DNA from: a bacterium
Lineage (GTDB): Bacteria > Desulfobacterota > DSWW01
DNA: 64,000 bases
Assembly (NCBI GenBank): GCA_040756235.1
Contig: JBFLZG010000134.1
Span: forward strand, 1 to 64,000
Reading direction: 5' to 3'
In this document: positions 8,390 through 18,800 of the stretch, piece after piece
How positions within the stretch are numbered: position 1 is the first letter of the stretch
Layout of the letters: each line of letters starts with the position of its first letter
Program-made: the position numbers and the translations under genes
The notes under the pieces: generated by a model
The model's input: only the letters and a program-made list of their open reading frames with translations
Database searches by the model: none
Told to the model about the DNA's origin: nothing

Positions 8390-11300
8390 CTAGTCCTCCC
8401 CGCGCTGGCCCTCCCCGCGCTGTTCCAGGGCCAGAGTCTTCTCGAGGATCTGGCGGTCGGTGAAGTGCTGCAGCTGGATGGCCTTCTGCGGGCACTCGGA
8501 AACGCAGGTGCCGCAGCCCTGACAGCTCGAGGCATCGATATAGGAATAGCCTTCCTCGTGTATGTAGGGGACTCCGTAAGGGCAGGCCCGCACGCAGATG
8601 AGGCAGACGGCGCACTTTTCCGGGTCCACCTTGGCCACCACGCCGCCCACCTGCATCCGGTCCTTGCTGAGCAGCGTGCAGGCCCGGGCAACCGCCGCGG
8701 CGGCCTGGGAGATGGACTCGCTCAGCAGCTTCGGGGCGTGGCCCATGCCGGCCAGAAAGATCCCTTCGGTGGCGAAGTCCACGGGCCGGAGCTTCATGTG
8801 GGCCTCGAGATAGAACCCGTCCAGGTTTCGCGAGACCTTGAAGAGGTTCGCCAGCTTCTCGTTTTCGCGCGGCAGGATGGCGGCGCTCAGAACGAGGAGG
8901 TCCGGATTCAGGACCACGTTGCGCTGAATGAACGGATCATAGAAGGTCACGGAGAGCTTCTGTCCGTCCGCGCCGCCGGCCACATCCGGTTTGTGCTCCA
9001 GGTCGTACCGGTAGAAGAGCACTCCTTTCTGCCGGGCCTGCGTGTAGTATTCTTCGAGCAGGCCGTAGGTGCGGATGTCGCGATACAGGATGTGCACCCG
9101 GGCCTCGGGGTTGAGCTCCTTGATCTTGATGGCGTTCTTGACGGCCGTGGAGCAACAGATGCGGCTGCAGTAAGGCCGCTCCGGGATCCGGGAGCCCACA
9201 CACTGGATCATCACCACTTCCTTGAGCTTCCCGGGGTCGATCCTGCCCGCGACGAGCTGCTCCTCGAATTCCTGCTGCGTGACCACGCCGCCGGCCTGGC
9301 CGTACAGGTACTCCTTGGGCTTGTACTCCTCGCCGCCGGTGGCCAGGATGGCGATGCCGTGCTCGACGGTGCGGCGGGCCCCGTCGGCCCCCACGGCGAT
9401 CGTGGTCTTGAACCTGCCCTTGTTGCCGGAGTGCTCGACCACCGTCGCCTCGGTGAGGACCTCGACCGAGGGATGGTTGCGCACCCGCTCCACCAGGTCG
9501 CGATAGAGGGCCTGCACGTCCTTTCCGTCGAGCGTGTAGTGGAGGTGGCGGAGATTGCCTCCCAGCTCGGCCTCCTTCTCCACCAGCACCACCTGGTAGC
9601 CCTGGTCGGCGAGCTGGATGGCCGCGGTCACGCCGCTCAGGCCGCCTCCCACCACGAGCCCCTTCTTGTTGATATCGATGTAGTCGACCGGAAGCGGCTG
9701 GAGCAGGCGGGCGTTGCTCACGGCCATGCGGATCAGGTCTCGCGCCTTGTCCGTGGCCTGGTCCTTGTGGTGCATGTGTACCCACGAGCACTGGTCCCGG
9801 ATGTTGGCCATCTCGAACAGGAACGGGTTCAGCCCCACCTCCCGGATGGTCTCGCGGAACAGCGGCTCGTGGGTCCGGGGCGAGCAGCTCGCCACCACGA
9901 CGCGGTTGATCCGGTGCTCGCGGATGGCCTGCTTCATGGCGGCCAGGCTGTCCGACGAGCAGGTGAACAGGAACTCGTTCGCGTAGACCACGTTCGGCAG
10001 CTTGGCCGCGTACGCCTTTACAGCCGGGACGTCCACGACCGAGCCGATGTTCACCCCGCAGTGGCAGACGAACACCCCGACCCGGGGCTCCTCGCCTTCG
10101 ACGTCGCGCTCTTCCGGCAACTCCTCCCGGTACAGGAGGGTCCCCCGGGCCTCGGCGATGGAAGCCGACGCGAAGGCGGCCGCGCCGCTCGCCTGGGCGA
10201 CCGTCTCCGGGATGTCCTTCGGCGCCTCGAAGGCGCCGCACACAAAGACGCCCTGCCTGGAGGTTTCCAGCGGCCGGAAGGGGTCGGTCTGGCAGAAGCC
10301 GTGGCGGTCGAGCTGGACGCCGAGCCGCTCGGCGAGCTTGCGCGTCTCGGGCCTGGGCCCGAGACCGACCGACAGGACGACCATGTGGAACTCTTCTTCC
10401 CGGATGACTCCCTTCTCGTCTACATACCGGAGCCACACGTTCTTGGACTTCGGATCCTCGACCACCCGCGAGATCTGGGACCGGATGTAGCGGACGTTGT
10501 GCTCCTGCCTGGCCCGCTCGTAATAGCCGTCGAAGCCCTTGCCGTGGGCCCGGACGTCCATGTAGAAGATCGTGGGCTCGACGAAGGGCAGGTGCTCCTT
10601 GCAGATGATAGCCTCCTTGGTGGCGTACATGCAGCACACCGAGGAGCAGTAGTCGTGGTCTTTGTCACGGGAGCCGACGCACTGGATCCAGGCGATCCGC
10701 TGCGGGATGTCGCCGTCCGAGGGCCGCATGACGATGCTCGAGAAGGGCCCGGTGGCCGAAAGCATGCGCTCGAACTCGATGCTCGTCACGACGTTGTCGT
10801 AGCGGCCGTATCCGAGCTCCGGCCGGCTCTCGGGGTTGAACTCCTCGAACCCGAGGGCGAGGATCACGCTTCCGACTTCGATCTCCTCGATCCGCTCGGG
10901 CTCGGCGTAATCCAGGGCCTTGGCCTCGCAGGCGTCCTCGCACACCCCGCACCCGAGGCACTTGCGGCAGTTCAGGCACCGCTCCGCCTCCTCGACCGCC
11001 TGTTCCTTGCGGAAGCCGGTCTCGACCTCGGCAAAGCTGCGGGTGCGGCCGGCCGGCGGCTCCTGCGGCATCCGCTGCCTCAGGGCGTAAGGGAAGCCGG
11101 GGCGCGCGTCCTGGACCGGGAAGCGCTCCTCCGTATCGCGCCCGTCTCTCAGATCCATGCCGCGCAGGAAGCGGTGGATGCTTTCGGCCGCCCGTGCGCC
11201 GCCGGCCACGGCGTCGATGGCGATGAAGGGCCCCTTCTCGGCGTCTCCGCCCGCGAACACGCCGGGCACGCTCGTGGCGCCGGTCACGGGGTCGACCGCC

Positions 11301-12856
11301 ACGGTCCTCCAGGAGGTCGTGCGGATCCGGGTCTTGTCCGGGTCATAAGGGAAGCGCACAGCCTGGCCGATGGCCGGGACGATCACGTCGGCCCTGACGG
11401 TGAACTGGGAGCCTTCGATCGGGATGGGCCGCTGGCGTCCGGAGGCGTCGGGCTGGCCGAGCTTCATGCGGATCAGCTCCAGCCCGTTGACCTTGCCGCC
11501 CGCTTCGAGGACGCGGGTAGGCGCGGCGAGGAAGTGGATCTGGATGCCTTCCTCCATGGCCGCCTGGATCTCCTCGGGGTGGGCCGGCATCTCGCTCCGG
11601 GTCCGACGATAGTAGATGCTCACTTCCTCGGCGCCCACGCGCAGGGCGCACCTGGCCGCGTCGATCGCGACGTTGCCGCCGCCGATGACCGCGACCCTGC
11701 CCCGGAGCTTCACCTCCTTGCCGGAGTTCAAATCGCGCAGAAACTCCACGCCGGGCACGACCCCCTGGGCCTCCTCGCCCGGGATCTTGAGCTTCATGCC
11801 CTCCCAGGCGCCGACCCCGATGAAGACGGCTTTGTAGCCCAGGTCTCCCTGGAGGGATTCGAACGGGAGGTCCTTGCCGCCGATCGGCGTGTTCAAGCGG
11901 ACCTCGACGCCGTGGTCGAGGACGGCCCGGATCTCGCGGTCCAGGACCTCCCTGGGAAGCCGGTAGGCCGGAATGCCGTAGCGGAGCATCCCGCCGAGGG
12001 CGTCCTGCGCTTCGAAGATCGTGACCGGGTATCCCAGCCGCGCCAGCTTGCAGGCTGCGGTGAGGCCGGCCGGTCCGCCGCCCACGACCGCCACCCTCTC
12101 CTCGTACCTCTGGGCCGGCTTCTCCGCCGGGATGGCCTTGCCCTGATCGATCTCCTGGTCCGCGACGAAGCGCTTGAGCTGGCAGATCGCGATCGGCTCT
12201 TCCATCTCCTTGCCGCGGATGCAGGCGTCCTCGCACGGGCGCGTGCAGATCCGGCCGATGGTGGCGGGAAAGGGGAGCTTCGAGCGGATCAGAGCGAGCG
12301 ATTCCTCGAACTTGCCCGAGGCGATGAGCCCCACGTACTCCCGCACGTCCAGGCGCAGCGGGCAGGTGAGCTGGCAGGGAGCGTTCTTGCGGTCGATCGC
12401 GTGGATGTTCGGGACGGCCTGAGGATAGTCGATGAAGATCGCCTTGCGCCGGGTGAGTCCCTGGTTGTATTCGCTCGAGATCTCCAGAGGGCAGTACTGC
12501 TGGCACACTCCGCAGCCGGTGCATTTCTTGGGGTCCACCCTCCTCGGGTGGCGCAGGATCCTGGCCTTGAAGCGGCCGGCCTCCCCGTCGAGAGACAGGA
12601 CTTCCGAGAAAGGAAGGATCTGGATGTTCTTCTCCCGGCCGACCTGAACGAGCTTGGGGGACATGATGCACATGGCGCAGTCATTGGTCGGAAAGGTCTT
12701 GTCGAGCTGGCTCATGGTGCCGCCGATGCCGCACGCCTTGTCCAGCAGATAGACTTTGAAACCCGACTCGACCAGGTCCAGGGAGGCCTGCATGCCGCCG
12801 ATGCCTGCCCCGATGACCAGCGCGGAGCCGAGCTTGCCGTTGTCGTTTGCTCCCAT
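8390..12856 (-). CDS. hdrA: Large HdrA-like (HdrL-type) flavoprotein: two HdrA modules plus an inserted GltD-like NAD(P)H module
   Basis: GAGIGG, QLDKTFPTNDC, two QCVGSR..YCS..CC motifs, GVFVCHCG, ferredoxin motifs; insert with GRICTRPCE, GGGPAG, GGMLRYGIP, GGGNVA..YRR. Confidence 0.92.
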   Translation of the reverse strand: MGANDNGKLGSALVIGAGIGGMQASLDLVESGFKVYLLDKACGIGGTMSQLDKTFPTNDCAMCIMSPKLVQVGREKNIQILPFSEVLSLDGEAGRFKARILRHPRRVDPKKCTGCGVCQQYCPLEISSEYNQGLTRRKAIFIDYPQAVPNIHAIDRKNAPCQLTCPLRLDVREYVGLIASGKFEESLALIRSKLPFPATIGRICTRPCEDACIRGKEMEEPIAICQLKRFVADQEIDQGKAIPAEKPAQRYEERVAVVGGGPAGLTAACKLARLGYPVTIFEAQDALGGMLRYGIPAYRLPREVLDREIRAVLDHGVEVRLNTPIGGKDLPFESLQGDLGYKAVFIGVGAWEGMKLKIPGEEAQGVVPGVEFLRDLNSGKEVKLRGRVAVIGGGNVAIDAARCALRVGAEEVSIYYRRTRSEMPAHPEEIQAAMEEGIQIHFLAAPTRVLEAGGKVNGLELIRMKLGQPDASGRQRPIPIEGSQFTVRADVIVPAIGQAVRFPYDPDKTRIRTTSWRTVAVDPVTGATSVPGVFAGGDAEKGPFIAIDAVAGGARAAESIHRFLRGMDLRDGRDTEERFPVQDARPGFPYALRQRMPQEPPAGRTRSFAEVETGFRKEQAVEEAERCLNCRKCLGCGVCEDACEAKALDYAEPERIEEIEVGSVILALGFEEFNPESRPELGYGRYDNVVTSIEFERMLSATGPFSSIVMRPSDGDIPQRIAWIQCVGSRDKDHDYCSSVCCMYATKEAIICKEHLPFVEPTIFYMDVRAHGKGFDGYYERARQEHNVRYIRSQISRVVEDPKSKNVWLRYVDEKGVIREEEFHMVVLSVGLGPRPETRKLAERLGVQLDRHGFCQTDPFRPLETSRQGVFVCGAFEAPKDIPETVAQASGAAAFASASIAEARGTLLYREELPEERDVEGEEPRVGVFVCHCGVNIGSVVDVPAVKAYAAKLPNVVYANEFLFTCSSDSLAAMKQAIREHRINRVVVASCSPRTHEPLFRETIREVGLNPFLFEMANIRDQCSWVHMHHKDQATDKARDLIRMAVSNARLLQPLPVDYIDINKKGLVVGGGLSGVTAAIQLADQGYQVVLVEKEAELGGNLRHLHYTLDGKDVQALYRDLVERVRNHPSVEVLTEATVVEHSGNKGRFKTTIAVGADGARRTVEHGIAILATGGEEYKPKEYLYGQAGGVVTQQEFEEQLVAGRIDPGKLKEVVMIQCVGSRIPERPYCSRICCSTAVKNAIKIKELNPEARVHILYRDIRTYGLLEEYYTQARQKGVLFYRYDLEHKPDVAGGADGQKLSVTFYDPFIQRNVVLNPDLLVLSAAILPRENEKLANLFKVSRNLDGFYLEAHMKLRPVDFATEGIFLAGMGHAPKLLSESISQAAAAVARACTLLSKDRMQVGGVVAKVDPEKCAVCLICVRACPYGVPYIHEEGYSYIDASSCQGCGTCVSECPQKAIQLQHFTDRQILEKTLALEQRGEGQRGED

Positions 12857-12868
12857 GGCTTTCCTTTC

Positions 12869-13255
12869 CTACCCCACGGCCCTGTAAAGGGGCGTTCGCT
12901 CCCGGATGATCTCGATGGCCAGCAGGTTCTTCCTGCGCAGCTCGACCACCTCCCAGAGGATTTCCCTGGGAGCCGCGCCGAGCCGCTCGGCGATCTGTTT
13001 CACCGAAAGGGCTTCCGCCCGCGTCGCCTCCAGGATCCGGCTCCGGAGGTGTTCGGAGCTGAAGATCGCGTCGTAGCAGATGCCGATCTGCCGCTCGGAG
13101 TAAATCTCCCCGTACACGTTCTTTTCCTTCAGGAACGACTCCTTGGCGGCGAGCAGCCGGAGCTTTTCAGCCTGACCCGGCGACTGCTTCTCGATCGAGG
13201 CGATCATCTCCTCGCGGCTGGGCCGCTCCTTCTGACCTGAGCTTCGCGTCTGCAT
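12869..13255 (-). CDS. Hypothetical protein with winged-helix-like C-terminus, within hdr operon
   Basis: RBS present, fills operon gap; LSVKQIAERLG..EILWEVVELRRK pattern. Confidence 0.6.
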   Translation of the reverse strand: MQTRSSGQKERPSREEMIASIEKQSPGQAEKLRLLAAKESFLKEKNVYGEIYSERQIGICYDAIFSSEHLRSRILEATRAEALSVKQIAERLGAAPREILWEVVELRRKNLLAIEIIRERTPLYRAVG

Positions 13256-13313
13256 GTGTGGCTTCTTCCTCTAAAGGAAAGGCGACTCGGGGTTTGTTCC
13301 CGACCCCTTCGCT

Positions 13314-14192
13314 CTATGAGAGCGCGTGGCGGCCGAGCACCTCCACGGGGTCCACGAAATGGGTGCGCCACTGCTTCTTGCCCAGCTCGCAGCCCAATGC
13401 GAGGCCCAGGAGATCCGTGATGTAGAAGACCGGCAAGTCGAAGCGGACGCCCCGCTCTCTCCTGAGGCGGTCCTGATTGAGGTCGAGGTTGGTCTGGCAG
13501 AGCGGGCAGGTGGCCACCATCGCCTCGGCCCCGACCCGCACGGCCATGTCGTAGAGCTTCTCGCAAAGCTGGGTGGAGAAGGCCTCTTCGCTCAGCGAGA
13601 AGCCGGCTCCGCAGCAGTCGGTCTTGTAGGGCCACTCGAGCGGCTCGGCGCCGAGCAGCCGGAGGAGCCGCTCCATGGTCCGCGGGTTCTCGCGGTCGTC
13701 GAAGGACGGGGCGTGCGGGGTCCGGGTGAGATAGCACCCGTAGTAGCAGACGACCCGCATCCCGCCCAGGTCCCGTCGCCTGGCCCTCAGGATCTCGCCG
13801 GGGCCGATCTCGTCGGCCAGGATCTCCAGGATGTTCTTGACCTGGACCGTCCCGAGATAGCGCAGAGGCTGGATGACTTCGTTGACCTCCCGGGCGGCGT
13901 GGTCGTCGAGGCGCATCTTTTCGGCGGCCTGGAGCATCCGGGAGTAGCAGGCGGAGCACGGCACGAGCACGGTCGTGAGCCCCTGCTGCTCGGCCAGGGC
14001 GAGGTTGCGGGCCGGAAGGGCCAGGCCCAGGAGCTCGTTGGTGGCGTGCGCCGAGGAGGCACCGCAGCAGTTCCAGTCCTGAATCGGGACGAGCTCGGTC
14101 TCGAGGGCCGTGAAGGCGGATTCCAGGGAGCGGGCGTAGTCTTTGGACGAGGCGTGCAGGGAGCAGCTCTTGTAGTAACCGATCCGTCTCAT
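13314..14192 (-). CDS. hdrB: Heterodisulfide reductase subunit B-like (two CCG domains)
   Basis: DWNCCGA, PCSAC, YYGC, DCCGA, CPLCQ. Confidence 0.93.
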   Translation of the reverse strand: MRRIGYYKSCSLHASSKDYARSLESAFTALETELVPIQDWNCCGASSAHATNELLGLALPARNLALAEQQGLTTVLVPCSACYSRMLQAAEKMRLDDHAAREVNEVIQPLRYLGTVQVKNILEILADEIGPGEILRARRRDLGGMRVVCYYGCYLTRTPHAPSFDDRENPRTMERLLRLLGAEPLEWPYKTDCCGAGFSLSEEAFSTQLCEKLYDMAVRVGAEAMVATCPLCQTNLDLNQDRLRRERGVRFDLPVFYITDLLGLALGCELGKKQWRTHFVDPVEVLGRHALS

Positions 14193-14767
14193 CTTCGACC
14201 TCCTCGCTCCTCCACCCGGCGGTAGATCTCGGCAAAGGCCTTCTTGTCCTCGACGCTCTCAGGCAGCAGGGCCATCCTCCCTTTGAGGAACATGCGGAGG
14301 CCGAGAGGGGCATTCCGAAAGGCCTGGCCGGTCTTCATCTGATAGCGAGCCAGCAGCTCCCCTTCGAAGGTCCTCCCGCGCCTGCGCACGTTGTCGAGGA
14401 AGTATCGGTGGAAAAGGGCGATGTTCTCCTTGGACGGCAGGTAGCCCTTGCGGACCGCCCGCTCGCGCAACGCGTCGATGACCTGGGCGATGTCGATGTC
14501 GTTCGGGCAGCGGACGCTGCACGTGTAGCAGGTCAGGCAGACCCAGATCGTCTTGGAGGCCAGGAGCAGCTCTTCCTGGCCCAACTGCGCCATGCGGATG
14601 ATCTGGCTGGGCGGGAAGTCCATGGCAAACGTCATGGGACATCCGGCGCTGCACTTCATGCACTGGTAGCACCGGTTCACGTCCTCTCCGTTCTGCCCTC
14701 GGATTTCCTCCGCAAGCCCTTTTGCCGGCTTGAGGGCCGGCCGCTCGGAAAGGGACTTCTCGTTCAA
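14189..14767 (-). CDS. hdrC: Heterodisulfide reductase subunit C-like 2x[4Fe-4S]
   Basis: CYQCMKCSAGCP and CLTCYTCSVRCP; TTG start after GAGGAG. Confidence 0.92.
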   Translation of the reverse strand: MNEKSLSERPALKPAKGLAEEIRGQNGEDVNRCYQCMKCSAGCPMTFAMDFPPSQIIRMAQLGQEELLLASKTIWVCLTCYTCSVRCPNDIDIAQVIDALRERAVRKGYLPSKENIALFHRYFLDNVRRRGRTFEGELLARYQMKTGQAFRNAPLGLRMFLKGRMALLPESVEDKKAFAEIYRRVEERGGRR

Positions 14768-14795
14768 GGGGAGACTCCTCCGTGCGGGATCAAAG

Positions 14796-14843
14796 TGAAT
14801 GATGGTTCATTCAAATCCTACGAGTTGAAACGAGCTCTGTCAA
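14796..14843 (-). promoter_or_regulatory. sigma70 promoter of hdr-met operon with palindromic operator
   Basis: TTGACA-17 bp-TAGGAT (14843-14815); perfect TGAATGA-N4-TCATTCA at 14796-14813. Confidence 0.7.
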
Positions 14844-14932
14844 CGAATCGGGCGAGAGCCGTTCATGATTCCCGCCGCAAAATCAACAACTTGAGCAAAA
14901 GCTTGGGTTTGCCCCGTCTCTGGGGCCCGATC

Positions 14933-15571
14933 TCACGCGAGGCCCAGCAATTCCTTGCAGACGTCGACGGCGCGGGCGGCGTCCGGCGCATAGGCGTCCG
15001 CCCCGAGCTCGGCGGCGCGCTTGGCATCGAGCACCGCACCGCCGACCAGGATCCTGGGCTGGCTGTTGATGCCTGCCTCCCGGACGGCCTGAATCGTTCT
15101 CTGGGTCGAGGGCAGGCACGTCATGAGGAGAGTGCTCATGGCAACGATCTGGAATTTCCCCTCGCGAGCTTCCGTGACGAAACGCCGAGGATCCACGTCG
15201 ATGCCGAGGTCCTTCACCCGGAAGCCCGCCCCGCGGAGCATCATGGTGACGATGTTCTTGCCGATGTCGTGCTGATCGCCGCACACCGTGCCGATCAGGA
15301 CAGATCCCCTGGGCTCTACGCCTGCGCGGGCCAGGACCGGTTCCAGGAGCTCCATCCCCTTCTGGACCGCGTGAGCCGACAGCATGAGCTCGGGCAGGAA
15401 GAGCTCGCCGGAAGCAAAAGACCTGCCCACTTTCTCCAGCGCTTCGATCAGGCCCCGGTCGAGGATTTCGCCCGGCGGATGCTCGGCCCTGAGGAGGGCT
15501 TCGACGAGCGTGGCCACCTCCCGGGCATCCCCACGGGAGATCGCCTGATGAAGGGCATCCGTGGCCAGCAT
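14933..15571 (-). CDS. Methyltransferase-type corrinoid (B12-binding) protein
   Basis: Cap domain FLPELMLSA; DQHDIG (DxHxxG), DLGIDV, VGGA, GADAY. Confidence 0.9.
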   Translation of the reverse strand: MLATDALHQAISRGDAREVATLVEALLRAEHPPGEILDRGLIEALEKVGRSFASGELFLPELMLSAHAVQKGMELLEPVLARAGVEPRGSVLIGTVCGDQHDIGKNIVTMMLRGAGFRVKDLGIDVDPRRFVTEAREGKFQIVAMSTLLMTCLPSTQRTIQAVREAGINSQPRILVGGAVLDAKRAAELGADAYAPDAARAVDVCKELLGLA

Positions 15572-15801
15572 GCGTCCTCCGAACCGGTCTGACCGGGCTT
15601 GACCGGCGCGGCCCGGCGAGCCGCGTTCGACGGACTCTCCGGGACCTGAGCGGTACATCCCCGCAGGCTGGACAATGCGAGGCGTGTCCACAGAGCGCGC
15701 AACCCCGTACGGTGCGAGCCGAGCCGGGCGAAAGCGAAGATGACCATTCTAGACGTTTTCGGCGAGGAAATAAATCGGGTCCGCCCGGGCGGGATCGGCT
15801 C

Positions 15802-18800
15802 CTAACGTGAATTGCGGGCGGTCACCCGCTCCGCATCGGCCGGCGCCGGTTCTTCGTCCGGCGGATAGGGCGCGGGGACTTCCGGCAGAAGCTCCGGCGC
15901 CCCCAGCTCGCGGGCTTCGGCCTTTTCGATGAGGGGCATGAGCTTGGGTGCGAGCACTTTCAGGATCTGTACGGGCAGAGAGCTGGTGAACGAATAGGCG
16001 GCCGCGGCCGGCTGGGGCACGTAGGCCGTGATCGTTCCGAAAAATCGATCCCCGATGAAGAACGCGAAGGTGGCCGTGCGGTTCATCACCCGGGACTCGA
16101 GCAGGCGGGCGCCCGGCCCGTAAACGTCGTAGCGGTTGTCTCCGGTACCGGTCTTGCCGCCCACGGGAATGGGGGTCCCGTCTGCCCTCACGAAAGCTGA
16201 CCGGCCGAGGCGCTGGGCCGTGCCCCGTTCGACCACTTCCTGCAAGGCGGCCCGGACCACGTCGGCGACTTCCGCCCTGAGGACCCGTTCCGCCGCGCCT
16301 TCCCGGCGCAGAATCGTCTCGTAGGGAGTTCCCCGGGCGAAATGCAGCTCCTCGATCCGCGCCAGAGGGTAGCGGATGCCTCCGTTCAGGATGATGCCCA
16401 CGAGCTCGGCCAGGGCCGCCGGCCGGTCGGCCGAGCTCCCGATGGCCGTTGCATAGGAGGGGACCAGCGATCCGAAAGGATAGCCGAGCCGCTTCCAGGA
16501 ACGATGGATCTCCTGGAAGGCCTCGATCTCGGCGATGGTCCGGATCCGGCTCTTCTGGGCTCCCTGGTGTTTCGTCTTGAAGAGCCAGTTGTAGACCTCC
16601 TGGCGCACGTCCGTTCCGGCCCCCAACACCTCTTCGAGCGTGGCTTGCGGGTGCCGGCTCAGGTACTCCACGGTCCAGAGCTCAAGCGGATGGACGTGAG
16701 CGAGATAGCCGCGGTCCGCCAGGGTCCACCTGGACGGCGAATATTGCTCGTAGATCTGACGGATCTCCGCATCCGAAAGAGTGGAGTTGGGCAAGTGCTC
16801 GCGCAGGAAGGGGGCGAACCTCTCCAGGCCTGCTTCCGGCTCGGTGGCGCTGAACAGGATGGCGAGCCGCTTCGGGGTCGGCTCCACTCCCTGGGTGAGC
16901 AGCTCCAGCATTTCCCCCTGGCTCTTCTGCTTGTATTTGCCGTAGAAGCGCTTCAGAAACACCTTGCCTTCCTGATCGGCGAAGCGGGCCAGATACGCCT
17001 GGCGGAGAGGATCCTGAGCATCCTTCACGGCGAGAGCCGTGGACCCGGGCACCCGGTACATGTGATAGCGCACAATGTCGCGCATGAGCCGGATGAAGAC
17101 CAGGTTGACCGAGTCGCGCAAGCCCTCCCGCACGGTCGGCACCTTGCGGTCGTCCTCCTTGTTGAAATTCACGAAAGTGTGCAGGCCGCCTCCGGTAAAG
17201 AACGCTTCGGCAGGATCCGCGGAATAGGTGCGCTCCATGGCCGCTTCGAGCATGGCCTTGAGGCTCTTGTCTTCGCTGCCGTAAAGGTATTCGACGGCCC
17301 ACCGGCTCAGCCTGTCGCCCGGCGGCAGGTCCAGGCTCAGCAGCTCCTTGCGGGAGAGAGGTGCGTACCGCTCGTAAAGGTCGGCCACGATCTCCAGGTA
17401 GGAGACCAGGGTCCTCAGCTTGGCCGAGGAGCCGAGCTCGAGCTTCACGCCCTGATTGATGTCGAAGGGCTGATCGAAGTTGTCGGTCTGAATGCGGAGC
17501 AGGTTGGCGCCCTGCCCGCGCTCGTAAAGAGTGAAGCTGTAGATGACATCGCTCGGCGCGGCCGGGTCGAGCAGCCGGTGGCCGTACAGTCCCGCCTCGC
17601 TGGCCCTGGCCGGGTCTTTCAACGCGCGCAGCTCCCTCGTGACTTCCTGCTGCGCGGCCCGATCCAGGGTGCTTTGGACCGTGAGGTCCAGGCGGTCCAG
17701 ATCATAGAGCCGCTGGAAATCCAGGAGCGAAGAGAGGCGCCCGCGCACCGCGTTGGCGGCCTTGCGCTCGAAGAAGACTCCGCCCTGCGCTTCCGGGGCG
17801 CCGCGGCGGAACACGAGCTCCTGGCTCATCGCCGCCTCGAGCAGGTCCGGACCGACGATCCCTGCCCGATACAGCAGGCCGAGGTAGGTGTCGGTCAGCT
17901 GTTTCAAGGCCTTCTGGTCCTCGAGCAGGAAGTAGGAAGGACGCCGATGGGCGAGGAACAGGCTCAGAACCTGCTTGTAGGCCAGCGCCTTCGAGCGAAT
18001 GTCCGGTCCTTCCAGAACGCCGCTGTCAGGAATCGGCAGACCGGTCGTGGCGTCCAGCTCCCGGCCGAACCAGGCCCACAGGCCGTCGCACAGGCCGTTC
18101 ACCTCGCCGTGACCCGGAATCGCCGCCAGCGGCACGGAGTTGATGTAGTCGAGAATGAGCTGGCGCCGTGCGCCCATCGTTTCGGCGCCTTCCTGATAGG
18201 CCCTGAGGGAGGCCGAGATCATCTGCCTGGCTTTTTCCCGGGCCGAGGAGGTGCGGCCCTCGGGGGAGTGCCGGAATTTCTCGAGCTGAGTGGCCAGCGT
18301 GCTCCCCCCGGAGACGCGCTGGTCGTCGCCGCCCACGACCTGCTGAACCGCATCCAGCGCAGACCTGAAGAGCCGGTCCCATTCCACGGCCGGGTTCCGG
18401 TAGGGATGTCGCGGATCGAGCAGCTCCCGGTTCTCGATGAAGAGCAGTGTCTTCACGATCCACTCCGGGATCGACTCGAAACTGGGAAAGATCCTCTCCG
18501 GGTAGCGGGCGCTGAACAGGAGCTCGCCCTGGTGATCCAGGATGTTCAACCCCGCCTGGGACTTCTGCCGGTAGCTCGGGAAGATGCCCCAGCCGGTCGC
18601 CCGAGCCAGCTCCGGCGAGAAACGGGCCTGGGCATGGATCGAGAAGCCTTTCCCGGTCAATTCTCCGATCATGGCGGGCAGGTACGAGTAACCCAGCCGG
18701 TCGTCGTACGGGCCCCCCGGGCCCGGGAAGGAGATCGAATCGCTCGGCCCAGGTTCGAGCCGGTAGGAGAGCTTTTGCGCGAACTGCGAGAAATATCGAG

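Noticed and set aside
8465..13240. 1591-aa plus-strand ORF and similar long antisense ORFs (e.g. 16342-18813, 27845-29908)
   Set aside because: Shadows of real genes in high-GC DNA; no motifs
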